Assembly: GCF_963921235.1 (NCBI RefSeq)
Contig: NC_086097.1
Location: forward strand, 27,282,001-27,346,000
Reading direction: 5' to 3'
Length of the DNA stretch: 64,000 nucleotides
Origin: Mobula hypostoma
Taxonomy: Eukaryota
The notes below the pieces were generated by a model, which was given only the letters and a program-made list of their open reading frames with translations, did not search any database and was not told the DNA's origin. The number at the start of each line of letters is the position of its first letter. Within the stretch, counting starts at the first letter, position 1. The translations under genes were made by a program, and so were the position numbers. Positions 34,872 to 47,879 of this stretch are shown here, piece by piece.

Positions 34872-35505
34872 ACACTAATTGGCCACTTTATTAGGTACAC
34901 CTGTACACCTGCTCAGTAATGCAAATATCTAATCAGCCAATCATGTGGCAGCGATTCAATGCATAAAAACATGCAGACATGGTCAAGAGGTTCAGTTGTT
35001 GTTCAGAGGAAACATCAGAATATGATCTAGCTGACTTTGACTATAGAATGATTATTGGTGCCAGACAGGGTGGTTTGAGTATCTCAGAAACTGCTGATCT
35101 TCTGGTATTTTCATGCACAACAGTCACTAGAACAAGAATTCCAAATCTCTCCTGGAATTTTCATGCACAACAGAGTCAAGGGCAGGGGTTCCAAACCATT
35201 TTTTATGCCATGGACCAATACCATTCAGCAAGGGGTCCATGGACTGTAGGTTGGGAACCCCTGCCTTAGAGTTTACAGAGAATGTTGTGAAAAACAAAAA
35301 AGTTCCAGTGAGCGGCAGTTCTGTGGACAAAGACACCTTGTTAATGAGAGAGGGCAAAGGTGCATGGCCAGACTGGTTCAAGCTGACAGGAAGGGGACAG
35401 TTAACCCAAATAACAATGCATTACAATCGTGGTGTGCAGAGGAGCATCTCTGAATGCAAAACACATCAAACCTTGAAGTGGATGGGCTATAGCAGCAGAA
35501 GACAG
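34872..35505 (+). mobile_element. Tc1/mariner remnant with transposase N-terminal helix-turn-helix
   Basis: Terminus ggccactttattaggtacacc; DLADFDYRMIIGARQGGLSISETADLLVFSCTTV; later QRSISECKTHQTLKWMGYSSRR. Confidence 0.85.
35183..35263. mobile_element. 81-bp hAT-type MITE nested in the Tc1 remnant
   Basis: Terminal inverted repeats caggggttccaaacc / ggttgggaacccctg; TSD not clean. Confidence 0.7.
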
Positions 35506-35519
35506 CACCAAGAATTGGC

Positions 35520-35780
35520 CCAGGAACAATTCTGCCACTGCCTGTAAGTAGTTTGTACCACATGATCATGTGGGTTTCCTCCGGGTATTCCGGTTTCTAC
35601 CCACATTCCAAAGATGTACGGGTTAGGGTTGACAAACTGTGGGCATGCTATGTTGGTAGCGGAAGCATGGCCATCCTTGCAGGCTGCTCCCAGCATATCC
35701 TCTGACTGTGTTAACACAAAGGACGCATTTCATTGTATGTTTCGATGTCTTGATGTATATGAGATAAATAAAGTTAATCA
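35520..35780 (+). mobile_element. V-SINE-type element
   Basis: gtgggtttcctccgggtattccggtttctacccacattccaaagatgtacgggttag plus tail. Confidence 0.7.
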
Positions 35781-36109
35781 ATCTCACTATTCCTTTTTAT
35801 GCATTCAATTTGTTTTGTAATTTATAGTCATTTTTTGCCTGTGCTCTGTACTGCCGCTGCAAAGCAACAGATTTCACGTTACCTAAGTCAGTGATAGTAA
35901 AGCTGCTTCTGAGCCACGTAGCTGTCTTTTTATTGTTGCTATTATACCTGGCTCAACTACTTCCTTTGGCACCTTGTTCCACATATGCATCTCACTCTGT
36001 GTGAAGAAGCTACCCTTAAGTTCATTTGAAGTCTTTCCCCTCTCACCTTAAATCTATGCCCTCTACTTTTTGATTCCCTTTTCCTGGCAAAATGACTACA
36101 TTCAGACTA

Positions 36110-36575
36110 AAAGCACGAGAGATTCAGATTAACATATACAAAATGCTGGAGGAACTCAGCAGGACAGGCAGCATCTATGGAAATGAACAAACAGTTGACC
36201 CTTCATCAGAAATGGAAAGGCAGGTGAAAGAAGCCAAAATGAAAAGGTAGTGGAGAGGGGAAGAAGTACAGTCTGGCAGGGGTTAGGTGAGACCAGGTGA
36301 GGGGGGAGGTGGGAATGAAGTAAGAAGCTGGGAGATGATAGGTGGAAGAGATAAAGAGCTGAAGAAGAAGGAATCTGATAGGAGAGGAGGGTGACCATGG
36401 GAGAAAGAGGAGGAGGATGGGGACCAGGGGAAGGTGATAGGCAGGTGTGCAGAAGAGAAGAGGTAAGGGGGAGAGCCACAGAGGGGAATGGAAGAAGAGG
36501 GAAGGGGGAGGGAGAGAATTACTGGAAGTTAGAGAAATAAATGTTCAATGCATAAGGCCCGAGGCTACCCAAATG
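36110..36575 (-). mobile_element. Older PLE 3' fragment
   Basis: Ends of GIY-YIG region (ggaagttagagaaataaatgttca...ggctaccc) and pLTR tail; hammerhead partly deleted. Confidence 0.7.
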
Positions 36576-37579
36576 GAAAAAGAGATAGCGCATTGATACT
36601 ATATGTGCTCCACATGACTTCATGCTTCGCTGTTTACCCATCTTCTGCAAAGTCCAGATGGGATGTGTAGATGTCCTATGGGCCTGAATGAGTGGAGTCT
36701 TAAGATGGCTGAAAATGATGGACACCATTCAGGAGAAAGCTGAGACCATTCAGTTCCTTTCATCCTCACCATTACCTAGAATTATGTGACTGTATTGAGT
36801 TAGCAACTACAGGATGGATTACACTGCCTGGTATGGAGCAGAGTGCATGTCCTGGATGGTGGGGTCTTTAATGGTGGATGTTGCCTTCTTGAGAAGCATT
36901 GTGTTTAAGATGTTCTCAATGATGGCAAGACTAGTGCCCATGATGCAGCTGGCTGAGTCTACAACCCTCTGCATAACTCTATGCCAATGAATGTGTATTA
37001 AGCTTTCATTCCTTAATTCTGGCTGAGTAACTTGTAGGTCAATAGGTTTTAAAAAATTATCTTATTAAGTTTTATTTACAGGGACATTCTATTTTAGGTC
37101 TCTTCTCATGTAAGCTTCTCCAATAGCATTACCAAAATGAAAGGTCTCTGTGGCAACCCCGCTATCCCCAGTGGACATACTACAGTTTTGGTCTTAGTCT
37201 GGTTTTGGAACAGATCCACAGACACTGATGCTTGTTGGGACATATATAGATGCAAAGTAAATATCTGTTGGACTTTTTCACTCCAGTAAGTAAAGAGCAG
37301 GACCAAAGAGGTGACAGCAGTTCAAGGAACATTTGGTTCTGAGAGCTGTGGGGGTCATGTGATGATAATGATTTACCTTGCGAGGTGGGTGTCCCTTTGT
37401 CTCAGACAGAAAAGGCTACCTGCAAAGCGAGGTGATGTAAGGATCTACAATTAAACTACCCTTGCTGTGAAGATGGAAAGTCGGTCTTTATCTCAATGGG
37501 ACTTGATTACAAAGGGAAGAGATGATGCCTCAGTTGTACAATGCCTGGTCAGACCCCATCCAGAGCATAGCCTACAGCT

Positions 37580-38215
37580 TCAAAGTTCAAGTTCAAAGTT
37601 CAAATATATTTATTATCAAAGTACATATCCTACCTTCAAAATTGTTTTCTTGCAGGCACTTACAGGAAAGGAATAAAATAGAATTTATGAAAAATTGTAC
37701 ATTAACAAAGACTGACGTCATTCCCCTCTGTGGCTCTCCCCCTTACCTCTTCTCTTCTGCACACCTGCCTATCACCTTCCCCTGGTCCCCATCCTCCTCC
37801 TCTTTCTCCCATGGTCACCCTCCTCTCCTATCAGATTAACAAAAACCAATGTGCAAAAGAAGACCCATTGTGTAAATAAAATAAATAAAGAAATAATACT
37901 GAGAACATGAGTTGTAGAGTCCTTGAAAGTGAGTCTGTAGCATATAGAATCAGTTCAGAGTTGACTTAAGTCAAGTTATCCATGCTGATTTAGGAACCTG
38001 ATGGTTGAAGGGTAATAACTGTTCCTTAACCTGGTGATGTGGGACCTAAGACTCCTGTACCTTTTGGCCAAAGTGATGGACTGGACTGTGTCCACTACTT
38101 TCCATAGATTTTTCCATTCTTGGGCAATGGTGTTTCCGTACCAGCCTGTGATGCAACCAGTCAGGATACTTTCCACTATGCATCTATATAAGTTTGTCAA
38201 AGTTTCATCCAACTT
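37580..38215 (-). mobile_element. L2/Rex-Babar-type LINE 3' end, with a PLE-like pyrimidine-rich piece at ~37720-37836
   Basis: NLYRCIVESILTGCITGWYG...RLRNSYYPSTIRFLN (ORF 37976-38212). Confidence 0.8.
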
Positions 38216-38514
38216 TGGACTTTACACTTCAGGTTTCAAAGGGGGTATATGTGCAAGTTCATCATACTGACAGCTGGTTTAAAGTTTAGTTACGACCACC
38301 AGTTGTATTCTCTCAAGTGTAGAAGTTTCGACTGTCATTTAATTGATGTTTTAAATGTTAAGACGACTCAATAAGTGAGGCTAGCCTGGACAAGGAAAAA
38401 TAATTTGGTAATTAGGATGTACAGGAATCTTTCTTTTTAGGTTATAGATACCATGCAATTGGAAAATTTCAAGGTTGACAATGAAAGGGCTTATTATAGG
38501 AAGGATGTGGAAGC

Positions 38515-38852
38515 ATGGTCCATTTTTTTCTCCTATCAGATTCCATTTCCTTCAGTCCTTTACATTTTCTGTCTATCACCTTCCAGCTTCTCACTTCATC
38601 CCCCTCCACCACACACCCACCGTTCCTCTCTCCTGGCTTCACCTATCATTTCCAGTTTTTGCTCCTTCCCCTCCCCCCACCCCCACCTTCTTAATCTGGC
38701 TTCTTCCCTCTACCTTTCCAGTCCTGATGAAGGGTTTTGGCCCAAAGCATCGACTGTTTATTCCTTTCCATAGATGCTGTCTGACCTGCTGAGTTCCTCT
38801 AGAATTTTGTGTGGGTTACTCTGGATTTCCAGTATCTGCAGAACCTCTTGTG
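38515..38852 (+). mobile_element. Older PLE 3' fragment with hammerhead remnant (38720-38755)
   Basis: agtcctgatgaagggttttggcccaaagcatcgact plus tail. Confidence 0.7.
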
Positions 38853-39519
38853 GTGTTGAAAATAGTTTATGTGTTATTGTAGTTTCTGTTGCCCTGTTTG
38901 TACTGATTAATTTCTACCACAAGGGAGTACAACAATAAAGTGGTTACTGGTTATTCTTCTAACTGCCAAGAGTTAAGTGACTCATTTTAAATGAATTGGT
39001 TTACATACAACAAAGCTCAGGACAGAGCCAAATTAGGTATCACGAGGTAATCCCGTATGCAGCCATAAATCTCAACACATCCTTTGGACAGCTACTTGAG
39101 ATGTATCCCCTGAATCAGCTGTTTCATGGGACAGAGAAGTACCCCACTAAAGTCAGAGGGAATATTGATCCAGAATAATGGAGAAATTTCACTTCAGACA
39201 AATCAAATGACTTAATGGATTTTCAATAGTTTTATTTAACATTCTTCTCTGGAGGGGTTAAGCTGGCTGCATGAGACAGTGGAGAACAAGTTATTGGAAA
39301 AGCTAATGGGTACAATGAGGTAAGCCGAATGCATATATATATGCAATTAAAATTAATCTTGCTCTGCAGCCTACGCTCAGTGACACAGGCATTTTAAACA
39401 ATCACTCATCTGGAAGCAAGCTGCAACACAGACACACTGTTCTTCATGTCAGAAGTTAAAACCTCATCAGCAAAATAAAAATAAAGGCACGATTTACCAA
39501 TCAAATTGGCAATGTTCAA

Positions 39520-39825
39520 GATCATAAAAGCATTAGATATATCAGCAGAATTAGGCCATTTAGCCCATCGAGTCTGCCCTGCTATTCAATCATGGTTGAT
39601 TTATTACCCCTCTAAACCCTACTCTCCTGCCTTCTCCCCATAATCTTTCCGTAACTAATCTAGAACCTACCAACCACCACTTTAAATTAACCTAATGACA
39701 TGGTGTCCATAGCCAACTGTGGGAATTAATTCACCACCATCTGGCTAAAGATATTCCTCCTTATCTCTGTTCTAAAGGGACTTCTATTCTGAGGTGGTGT
39801 TTGCTGCTCCTAGAGTCTCCCATTC
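39520..39825 (-). mobile_element. CR1 LINE 3' end
   Basis: Same tail as 19514-19830. Confidence 0.7.
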
Positions 39826-41029
39826 AAGGTCCTGTCCGATTTGACAGTTGGTATTTTGAAACCTGACTTTAATTTTTTAAAAGTAGTGGGGGATGCTATG
39901 GGCCACCAGACTGCCCATCCCTTCACTCAAAGGTTGTTCTTCAGAAAGGCATCGATACCGTTACTCCAACTATTACAACAGGGAGCAGAAACTGTGGTTG
40001 AGCCTGATTCCAGTCTTGCTTGGTGCCCAAGCAGAATTCATTTCACCCTGAGGGTCTCTTAGACAACTGTCAGAAGCAGGAATTCTGATGGCGTTTGCCT
40101 GCGCTTCACCTTCAACCTACACATGTAGGCAGTGTGTTCATTAATTTAACCATTCCGGATGAACCTGCTCCTGAAAACTGGGTAGCAGATTATGGGAATT
40201 AACAGATAAATATTTATGTTTCTCCATTCCAATTAAACTCCATAATTCTGTGTAAGTCAGGCCAACCACATAAACCTAGAAGGCCTGAACTTCTGCAACA
40301 CGATTGGGATTCTGGTGTTGGATAAGTCGCACCACTCCCATACCCCTACAGTCCTACTTTCAGTCTGATAGCAGCTGGGTGAGTACCCCAACCCCGCAGC
40401 TTCCCTGTGTAACAGGTGAATGGCAGGGCTCTCAGGGTTAAAGGAAATGCAGTTCCCACACACTGCAGACCTATAAAAAGCCACTTCCCTTCTCACCGTG
40501 GCTGAGTGTGCCTTTGTAATTAGCTTTCCAGGCTCACTTCAGCACCTTTCCGTTCTCTGCTGTACGCTGACAAGAAAATAGCATTTGAGATTAAAACAAA
40601 ATTACTACTTTCACCCTTTCACAGACCTGCCATTTGGTGGTAGGAATTAAATTCTTAAAGGGTACAATTAATACATTACACTCTGCCATGATACTATATT
40701 ATGGGCATTGTTACCAGGGTGATGATGCTGGTGGAGAGAAGTGGGGAAAAGAGGGGGGAGATAATATTTTCCAGCGGACTTTGTTACTAACTTTATGCTT
40801 CATAAAAATCCAATTTTCTCTTTTCTTTTCTGTGGGTGGATGTGCTACTTTACAAGGCTGTCTACACTTCAGATCTTTTCGTTGGCTGTTAAATGCATCG
40901 GAACAACCAGTCTGTCAAACGCATGGCAGAAATACCAGTCTCTCTTTCGAAGAGCACCGTCAAACAAAATATGACATCCTGCCAAAGTGAGAATGTCAAG
41001 GAGTCGACCAGATGGTTGGTCCAGTTATT

Positions 41030-41825
41030 AACCTTTAATCATCAGGCTCCTAAACTAGGAGAGACAACTTGATTCACCTCACTTCTGAACTGATCATTGA
41101 ACACAACCTATGGACTCACTTTCAAGGACTCTACGACACATGTTCTCAGATTTATCTATCTATTAATAATGATTTTATTTTTGCACACTGGTTACATGTC
41201 AGTCTTTGTGTAGTTTTTCATTGATTCTATTGTATTGCTTTTGTTCTATTGTGAATGCCTTCAAGAAAATGGATCTCAAGTTAGTATATGGCGACACAAC
41301 TTTGAAGAGGTACTGTAGGTTCTGAAATTTTCTAGCGAATTTCGATCTTGGTGAGTACTCTGATTGGTTGCACCACTGTCTGGTATGGAGGCAATAATGA
41401 GCCAATTCTCAGGATCGAGAAAAGCCAGAGAGGGTTGTAAACTCAACTAACTCCATCATGGGCACTAACCTCCCCACCATCAAGGATATCTTCAAAAGGT
41501 GGTACCTCAAAATGGCAGCATCCATCATTAAGGATCCTCACCATCCAGGACCTGCACTCTTCTCATTACTACCATCAAGGAGGAGTGCTGGACCTGAAGA
41601 TACACACTTAACATTTTAGGAATAGCTTCTTCCCCACCACCATCAGATTAGTGAATGGACCATGAACCCAGGAACACTACATCACTTTTTGCTCTCTTTT
41701 TGCATGACTTCTTATTTAATATTTCTTATTGTAACTTACATTAATTTTTATGCATTGCACTGTACTGCATTTGCAAAACAACAAATTTCACGACACATGT
41801 TAGTGATAATAAACTTGATTCTGAA
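41030..41825 (+). mobile_element. Two adjacent L2/Rex-Babar-type 3' ends
   Basis: Tail motifs acaacctatggactcactttcaaggactct and ...ttttaggaatagcttcttcccc...gataataaacttgattctga. Confidence 0.7.
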
Positions 41826-42519
41826 GTTTTCTAAGAGGAGTTAGAGAGGTTTTGTGGTGGGTGGGGAGTGAAGGAAGGAGGGATGGTTATGGGGAGAAGG
41901 CAGGTAGGTGAAGCTGAGTGCACGGCCACATCAGCCATGATCTTATTGACTGGTGAAGGAGGCTTGGTGGGCCAGATGGCTTACTCCTGCTCCTGTTTCT
42001 TACGTAACGTAAGTCTCTGCCTCGTGCCCAAATTTTGATACTGACCAACTCCCAATGGTTTGCCTCAGCCTTCTGGTGAGACAACAGATAATTAGCACCC
42101 AGCAAGATTTGTTCCGGCTACTGGAACAGGTTTGTTAGAGGCTTATTTGCCTACATCTGTGCCTAGTTAAGAATAAGTATAATTAAACTTCAGATGACAG
42201 GTTGACCGACCTGTATTAGCTTTTACTTTAACTGGATAAGCCGCTTTTCCTTTCATTTTTAATTTACAGAAATATTTGGGTTTAATCCTTTGAGCCTGTG
42301 CTTCTAAGCAGAAGCCAATATTTGAAAGCTGTCAAGCATTGCTCTGAGGGTTGAATCACACTGACCACAGGCCACACCGAACCACTGACGCTACTTTCAA
42401 GCAAATCAAGAGCTCGTGAGCAGTCACATATTGACAGTGTGAGGCAGTGTCTTCTGTCAGTCAGCTCCCTGCTGTTGTTTGTCAACCATTAGAAATTAAC
42501 TAATATCACTGGTTTATCA

Positions 42520-42865
42520 AGGTGACTTGATAGAGGTGTACAAAATGATAAGAGGCATAGAAAGAGTGGACAGCCAGAGACTTTTTCCCAGGGTGAAAAT
42601 GGGTGTAATTGAGGGGTGTAATTTTAAGGTAATTTGGAGAAGGTATGGGGGGGGGGATGTCAGAGGTAAGCTCTTTATACAGAGAGTGGTGGTGATGGAA
42701 GCAAATACATTAGGAGCATTTCAGAGACTATTAGACACATGGACGATAGAAAAATGGAGAGTTAAGTAGGAGGGAACATTAGGTTGGTCTTAAGAGTTGA
42801 TTAAAGGATTGGCACAACATGGTAGACCAAAGGGCATGTACTGAGCTGTAATGTTCTTTGTTCTA
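42520..42865 (+). mobile_element. CR1 LINE 3' end
   Basis: IEVYKMIRGIERVDSQRLFPRV (ORF 42527-42769). Confidence 0.8.
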
Positions 42866-43819
42866 CCAGGTCTGGGAACTGCTAACCTGCAGAGAGCTTT
42901 GCTATTTTATATCAAGCCCTGCCAAGGTGCAGATTGACTTATGAATTCTGTAAATAGCAGACAAACTGCTGGAGGTCAGGAGGCATCAGTGGAGAGAAAT
43001 ATAGTTGACGTTTCAGGTCCAAATCCGTCATTGAGGCATAGTCCAGATGGAGGGCCTCAACCCAAAACACTGCCTATTTCCCTCCACAGATATTTCCCCA
43101 CCCACTGAGCACCCTTAAGCAGTTTGTCTCCAGATTCCTACATCTGTAGGCTCTTGTGTCTATATAAAAAAACACCTAGTGGGTATTTAGCATTAAAAAA
43201 ATGAAAAAGCTGGCAACACTCCAGCAAATCAGGCAGTGTCTATGGAAACTGTCGAAGCTTCAGGTCTGTGACCCTTCATCAGAATTTCATCTGGCATCAA
43301 CTGTCAGGGGGAAGAACATACACACTCCTTACAGGCAGCAGTGAAATTGAACCCAGGTCACTTGTGCTTTAATAGCATTCTTTTACAGTTATAATTTATA
43401 ATGACTTTTCCAATCTACCAAATGTAACTCACATCTCATGCCTTTATACTTTGCTTTATTCAGATTTAAGACCCCAGTTTCTTATCATATACATACATAT
43501 AATTTTCTTCCATTAATTGGCTACACCAAACAAATGCTCTCTAAATGATCTCCTATGACATTATCATTAATAGGTCAAATTTTCTATTAAAATGATAGTT
43601 TTAAATGAAATTTTTATATATATTTCAGGCAGTTCCCTCTTTTGTTCCTAAAAAGTTCTTTGACAAAATAGATTCTATAATTTCATTTTATATTTGGAAC
43701 AATAAAAATCCTAGATTGAGTAAACCTTTATTGTAGAAATTAAAAAAGGATGGTGATATGGCTTTGCCTAATTTTAGAATGTACTATTGGGCAATCAATA
43801 CATTACTTTAAACTGAAAA

Positions 43820-44195
43820 TTAAGACCATAAGTCATAGGAATAGAATTAGGCCATTTGGCCCATCAAGTCTGTTCTACCATTCCATCATGGCTGATTTAT
43901 TATCCCTCTCAACCCCATTCTCCTGCCTTTTCCACGTAACCTTTAATGCCCCTACTAATCAAGAACCTTTCAATCTCTGCGTTAAATATACCCAATGACT
44001 TGACCTCCACAGCCATTCATGACAATGAATTCCACAGATTCACCACCCTTCGGCTAAAGAAATTCCTCTTCATCTCTGTTCTAAAGGGACATCCCTGTAT
44101 TCTGAGGAAGTGCCCTCTGGTCTAGACTCACCCACTATTTGAAACATCCTCTCCATATCCACTGTGTCTAAGACTTCCAATATTCGGTAGGTTGA
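43820..44195 (-). mobile_element. CR1 LINE 3' end
   Basis: Same tail family as 19514 and 50200-50490. Confidence 0.75.
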
Positions 44196-44579
44196 ATTAA
44201 ACAGGAAAGGAGGTGGGAGATGCAGAAAGATTGCAGGAAAAATGACTGGGATGGGTCCTTGAATTTATGTCTAAAAATCTGGCATTTCTGACAGTGAGAA
44301 GCTCTCTCAGTATTACACTGGAAGGCGTGCCCAGAGGCAGTGCTCAAGCCTCAGCGATTGGTATCAGGACCCTTGCGGTTTGTAATATACGATGTCGATG
44401 GAGTTCACCAATGACACGTAAATTGGTGTTGACAGTGTGGGGATGAAAGAGGTTGAGAAATGGCACAGGAAATTTAATCCTGATAAACATGAGGTCATGC
44501 ATCTTCAGAATGTTAATCAGGCTAGGACATGAATGGTAGGGTCCCAGGGAGTATGAGGAAAAGAGGGACCTTGGGGGTC

Positions 44580-45190
44580 AACAGTGGAATGGGTGAGCAG
44601 CTTCAAGATCTTGGGTGTTAGATCTCCGAAAATCTATCCTGGGCCCAAATATTAATGCAATCATGAAAAAACACATGGCACCATCTGTATTTCATTAGGT
44701 GTTTGAGGAGATTTGGTATGCAACCTAATATTCTTAGCAAATTTATACAGATATATCTGGAGAGTATTCTGACTGGTTGTATCACTGTCTGAATGGCGCG
44801 GACATTGAACAGGATTGGAAAAGCTGCAGAAGGTTGTAAACTTAACAAGCTTCATCATAGACACCTTCACAAGGAGATGTACCAGGAAGGCAGCATCCAT
44901 CACTAAGGACCCTCACCATTCAGGATATCCCCTCTTCACATTACTACAATCAAGGAGGAGGCACAGGAGCCTGAAAACACACACTCAATGTTTTAGGAAC
45001 AGCTTCTTCCCCTCTGCCATTTCTAAATGGTCTATGAACCCATAAGCACTACCTCACTATTTTTGCACTACCTGTTTATTTTTATATATTCTTATTTTAA
45101 TTATAGTAATCTTTATATATTACACTGTATTGCTGCCACAGAACAACACATTTCACAATATAGGTCAGTGATAATAAACCTGATTCTGAT
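44580..45190 (+). mobile_element. L2/Rex-Babar-type LINE 3' end nested in a decayed CR1 (CR1 spans ~44400-46470)
   Basis: KAASITKDPHHSGYPLFTLLQSRRRHRSLKTHTQCFRNSFFPSAI; CR1 sequence flanks both sides. Confidence 0.75.
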
Positions 45191-45491
45191 GCTGACAAGT
45201 CCAAAGATCCTCGAAGGTACTGCAGGTAGATAAGTTCAGAAAGAACATAGAGTACTGACTTTGATTAGATGGGACAATGAATACAAGAGCATGGAGTTTA
45301 TGATCCAAATTTGTGAAATATTGATTAAACTACAGCTGAAATAACACATGTAGTTCTGGTCACTACACTAGGAAAAATGTGATGGTATTGGAAGGGGCAC
45401 AGAGGAGATTCACCAGATGTTGCCTGGGATGGAACAGTTCAGTTGAGAGATTGGAGAGGCTGGTTCTGCTCTCCCTGGGGTGGAGGAGAAT

Positions 45492-46160
45492 AAGATTAGA
45501 TTATGAGGACACTCAGTCCTCGTTTATTGTCATTTAGAAATGCATGCATTGAGAAATGATACAATGTTCCTCCAGTATGATATCACAGAAACACAGGACA
45601 GACCAAGACTAAAACTGACAAAAACCACATAATTATAACATATAGTTCCAATAGTGCAAAGCAATACCGTAATTTGATAAAGAGCAGACCATGGGCATGG
45701 TAAAAAAAAGTCTCAAAGTCCCAATAGCCTCATCATCTCACGCAGACAGTAGAAGGAAGAAACTCTCCCTGCCATGAACCTTCAAGCGCCGCAAACTTGC
45801 CAATGCAGCACCCTAGAAGCACCCGACCACAGCTGACTCTGAGTCCGTCTGAAAACTTTGAGTCTCCGACCAGCCCTCTGACACCGAGCACCATCTCTGC
45901 CAAGCTCTTCGACCCTGCCCCAGCTGCCAAGCAACAAGCAAAGCCGAGGACTCGGGGCCTTCCCCTCCGGAGATCCTGGATCACACAGCAGCAGCGGCAG
46001 TGAAACAGACATTTCAGAAGTTTCACCAGATGTTCTTCCGTGCTCTCACGTCTGCCTCCATCAAGTCAAGATTGTGCACGGCACCCCACTTGACAGATAA
46101 CAGATATTCATCACCGGATGGCTGCTGCGTGCTGTGTCGCACCGCCATCTTCTCCTCTCC
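45492..46160 (-). mobile_element. Non-autonomous ~670-bp LINE-derived element (copy 2)
   Basis: Collinear with 3838-4523; tail (aatct)n; start ggagaagatggcggtgcg. Confidence 0.75.
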
Positions 46161-46476
46161 AAAAAATGTGACATGATTGAGGTACAACCTATGAGGGCTA
46201 CAAACAGGGCAAACTGCAGGAAGTTTTTCACTGTATAAGAGGTCTATAAAACTGGAGAAACTATATTTAGGGAAATGAGATTTGAAGGAGATCCGAGGGG
46301 AACGTTCTTTACCAGGGAGTGGTGAATGTCTGGAGTATACAGCTTGAGAGAACAGTGAAAGCAGAGATACTGACAGCATTTAGTAAGTGTTTAGATAAGT
46401 ACTTCAATCACCCAGAGATAGAAGGCTATGGGTCAAGTGCTGGAAGATTGAATTATTGCAGGTGGTTGCTCAATGT

Positions 46477-46965
46477 TTGAGAGAGAGAGAAAGGAAGAGG
46501 GGGGGAGGGAGAGAAGAGAGAGAGAGAGAAAGGGGAAGCAGGATGGAAGAGAGAGAGCAAGAGAAAAGAAGAAAGGTAAACGTGAGCCAATGAAAGAGAG
46601 AGATAAAGAGAGAGAAGAGATAAAGAGAGAGAAAGAAAGAGAGAGAGAGCAAGAGAAAGGGAAAAAGGTAAATGAGAGCCAATGAGAGAGAGATAGAGAG
46701 AAGAGAAAGAGAAAGGGGGAGAAAGAAAGACAGAGAAAGCAAGAGAAAAAGAGAAAGACAAATGAGAGCCAATGAAAGAGAGAGAGAGAGTGTAAGAGAA
46801 AGGCAGAAAGATAAATGAGAGCCAATGAAAGAGAAAGAAAGAAAAGAGAAAGAAAATCAGAAAATGAGTGAGTGAGAAAGAAAAAAAACAAGAGAGAGTA
46901 AGAAAAAACAGCAGGAGGAGAGGGGTTTAAAAAAGATGATTGTAAGGAAAGTGAGAGCAGCAAAG
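46477..46965 (+). repeat. GA-rich low-complexity tract with ~91-bp higher-order units
   Basis: Nearly pure purine strand with gagccaatga at ~46584, 46676, 46766, 46819. Confidence 0.85.
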
Positions 46966-47534
46966 AACATACTAAAGTTGGAGCTTCAGATTTTTCAAGA
47001 GGAAACGTGCCATGCTGATGAGTGAGATACCCCTTTAGGAGTTAAAGTCCACGGCATACTGAACTTTAATCATCTTGATAGGCAAGTGATCGCAAATGCT
47101 CATGCATTCCTCACTATTGTGCTTCAAAAATTTATATTCACTGGTACTGAAAATTCATCAGTTTATAATTTGTATGATTCCTCCATTTAATTATTGATGC
47201 ATATGCTGTAGCCTTGAAGCGGGGAGCTTATTCTGTCATGTAAGTACAAAACGCAGGAGAAACACAACAGGTCAGGCAGCTGTTGTATCCTCATGTTTTT
47301 ATGACCCAAAGGTTCTTAAGAAGTCATGAATGGTGCCATATCACTGTTCAGAATCAGAATCAGAAGCATTACAATGCAATACATAAAAACGATAAATTAC
47401 TATTATATATACCTGTGTGTATTAAATAATGGTTTCATTGTCTATTCAGATATTGGGGTAGAAGCTGTTCCTAAAATTTTGAGTGAGTGTCTTCAGGTTT
47501 CTGTACTTCCTCACTGAGTCTGTCTGAGGCCTCT

Positions 47535-47875
47535 GTCGGTCAGAGTTGACCATGGATATTGTGTCCTAGCTGTCTAGATACGCAAGCCTGGGTAGTATGA
47601 TATGGAGAGCAAGCTGTTGTCCATGTAGTAAACTCCCCCTCTCCATGCATCTGATGAATCTAAGGGAATGGCAGTTTGGTACCAGCAGCATCGCAGGAGT
47701 TGCCAGTCAACACTGAACTCAATGTAGGACTGCCTTAGGGACTCCAGCTCCAGATTTTTCCCTCAGGGTTTACTCACAAAGCTTTCCCCATGAGTGGGTA
47801 TAGCTGCAAGGCAGCGGAGGTTTGAAATCAGAGTTTTCCTTCTCCTAGATGAGCTGCCAACCTCCGCTAATGAGT
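47535..47875. repeat. Interspersed repeat, copy 2 of 2160-2730
   Basis: Collinear similarity over ~340 bp. Confidence 0.6.
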
Positions 47876-47879
47876 CCCA

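Noticed and set aside
34140..35505. Single Tc1 element with long TIRs
   Set aside because: The termini face the spacer rather than the outside, so the two parts cannot be the ends of one element.
46433..46963. Leu/Ser/Phe-rich and Glu/Arg/Lys-rich ORFs
   Set aside because: Translations of GA/TC low-complexity DNA.
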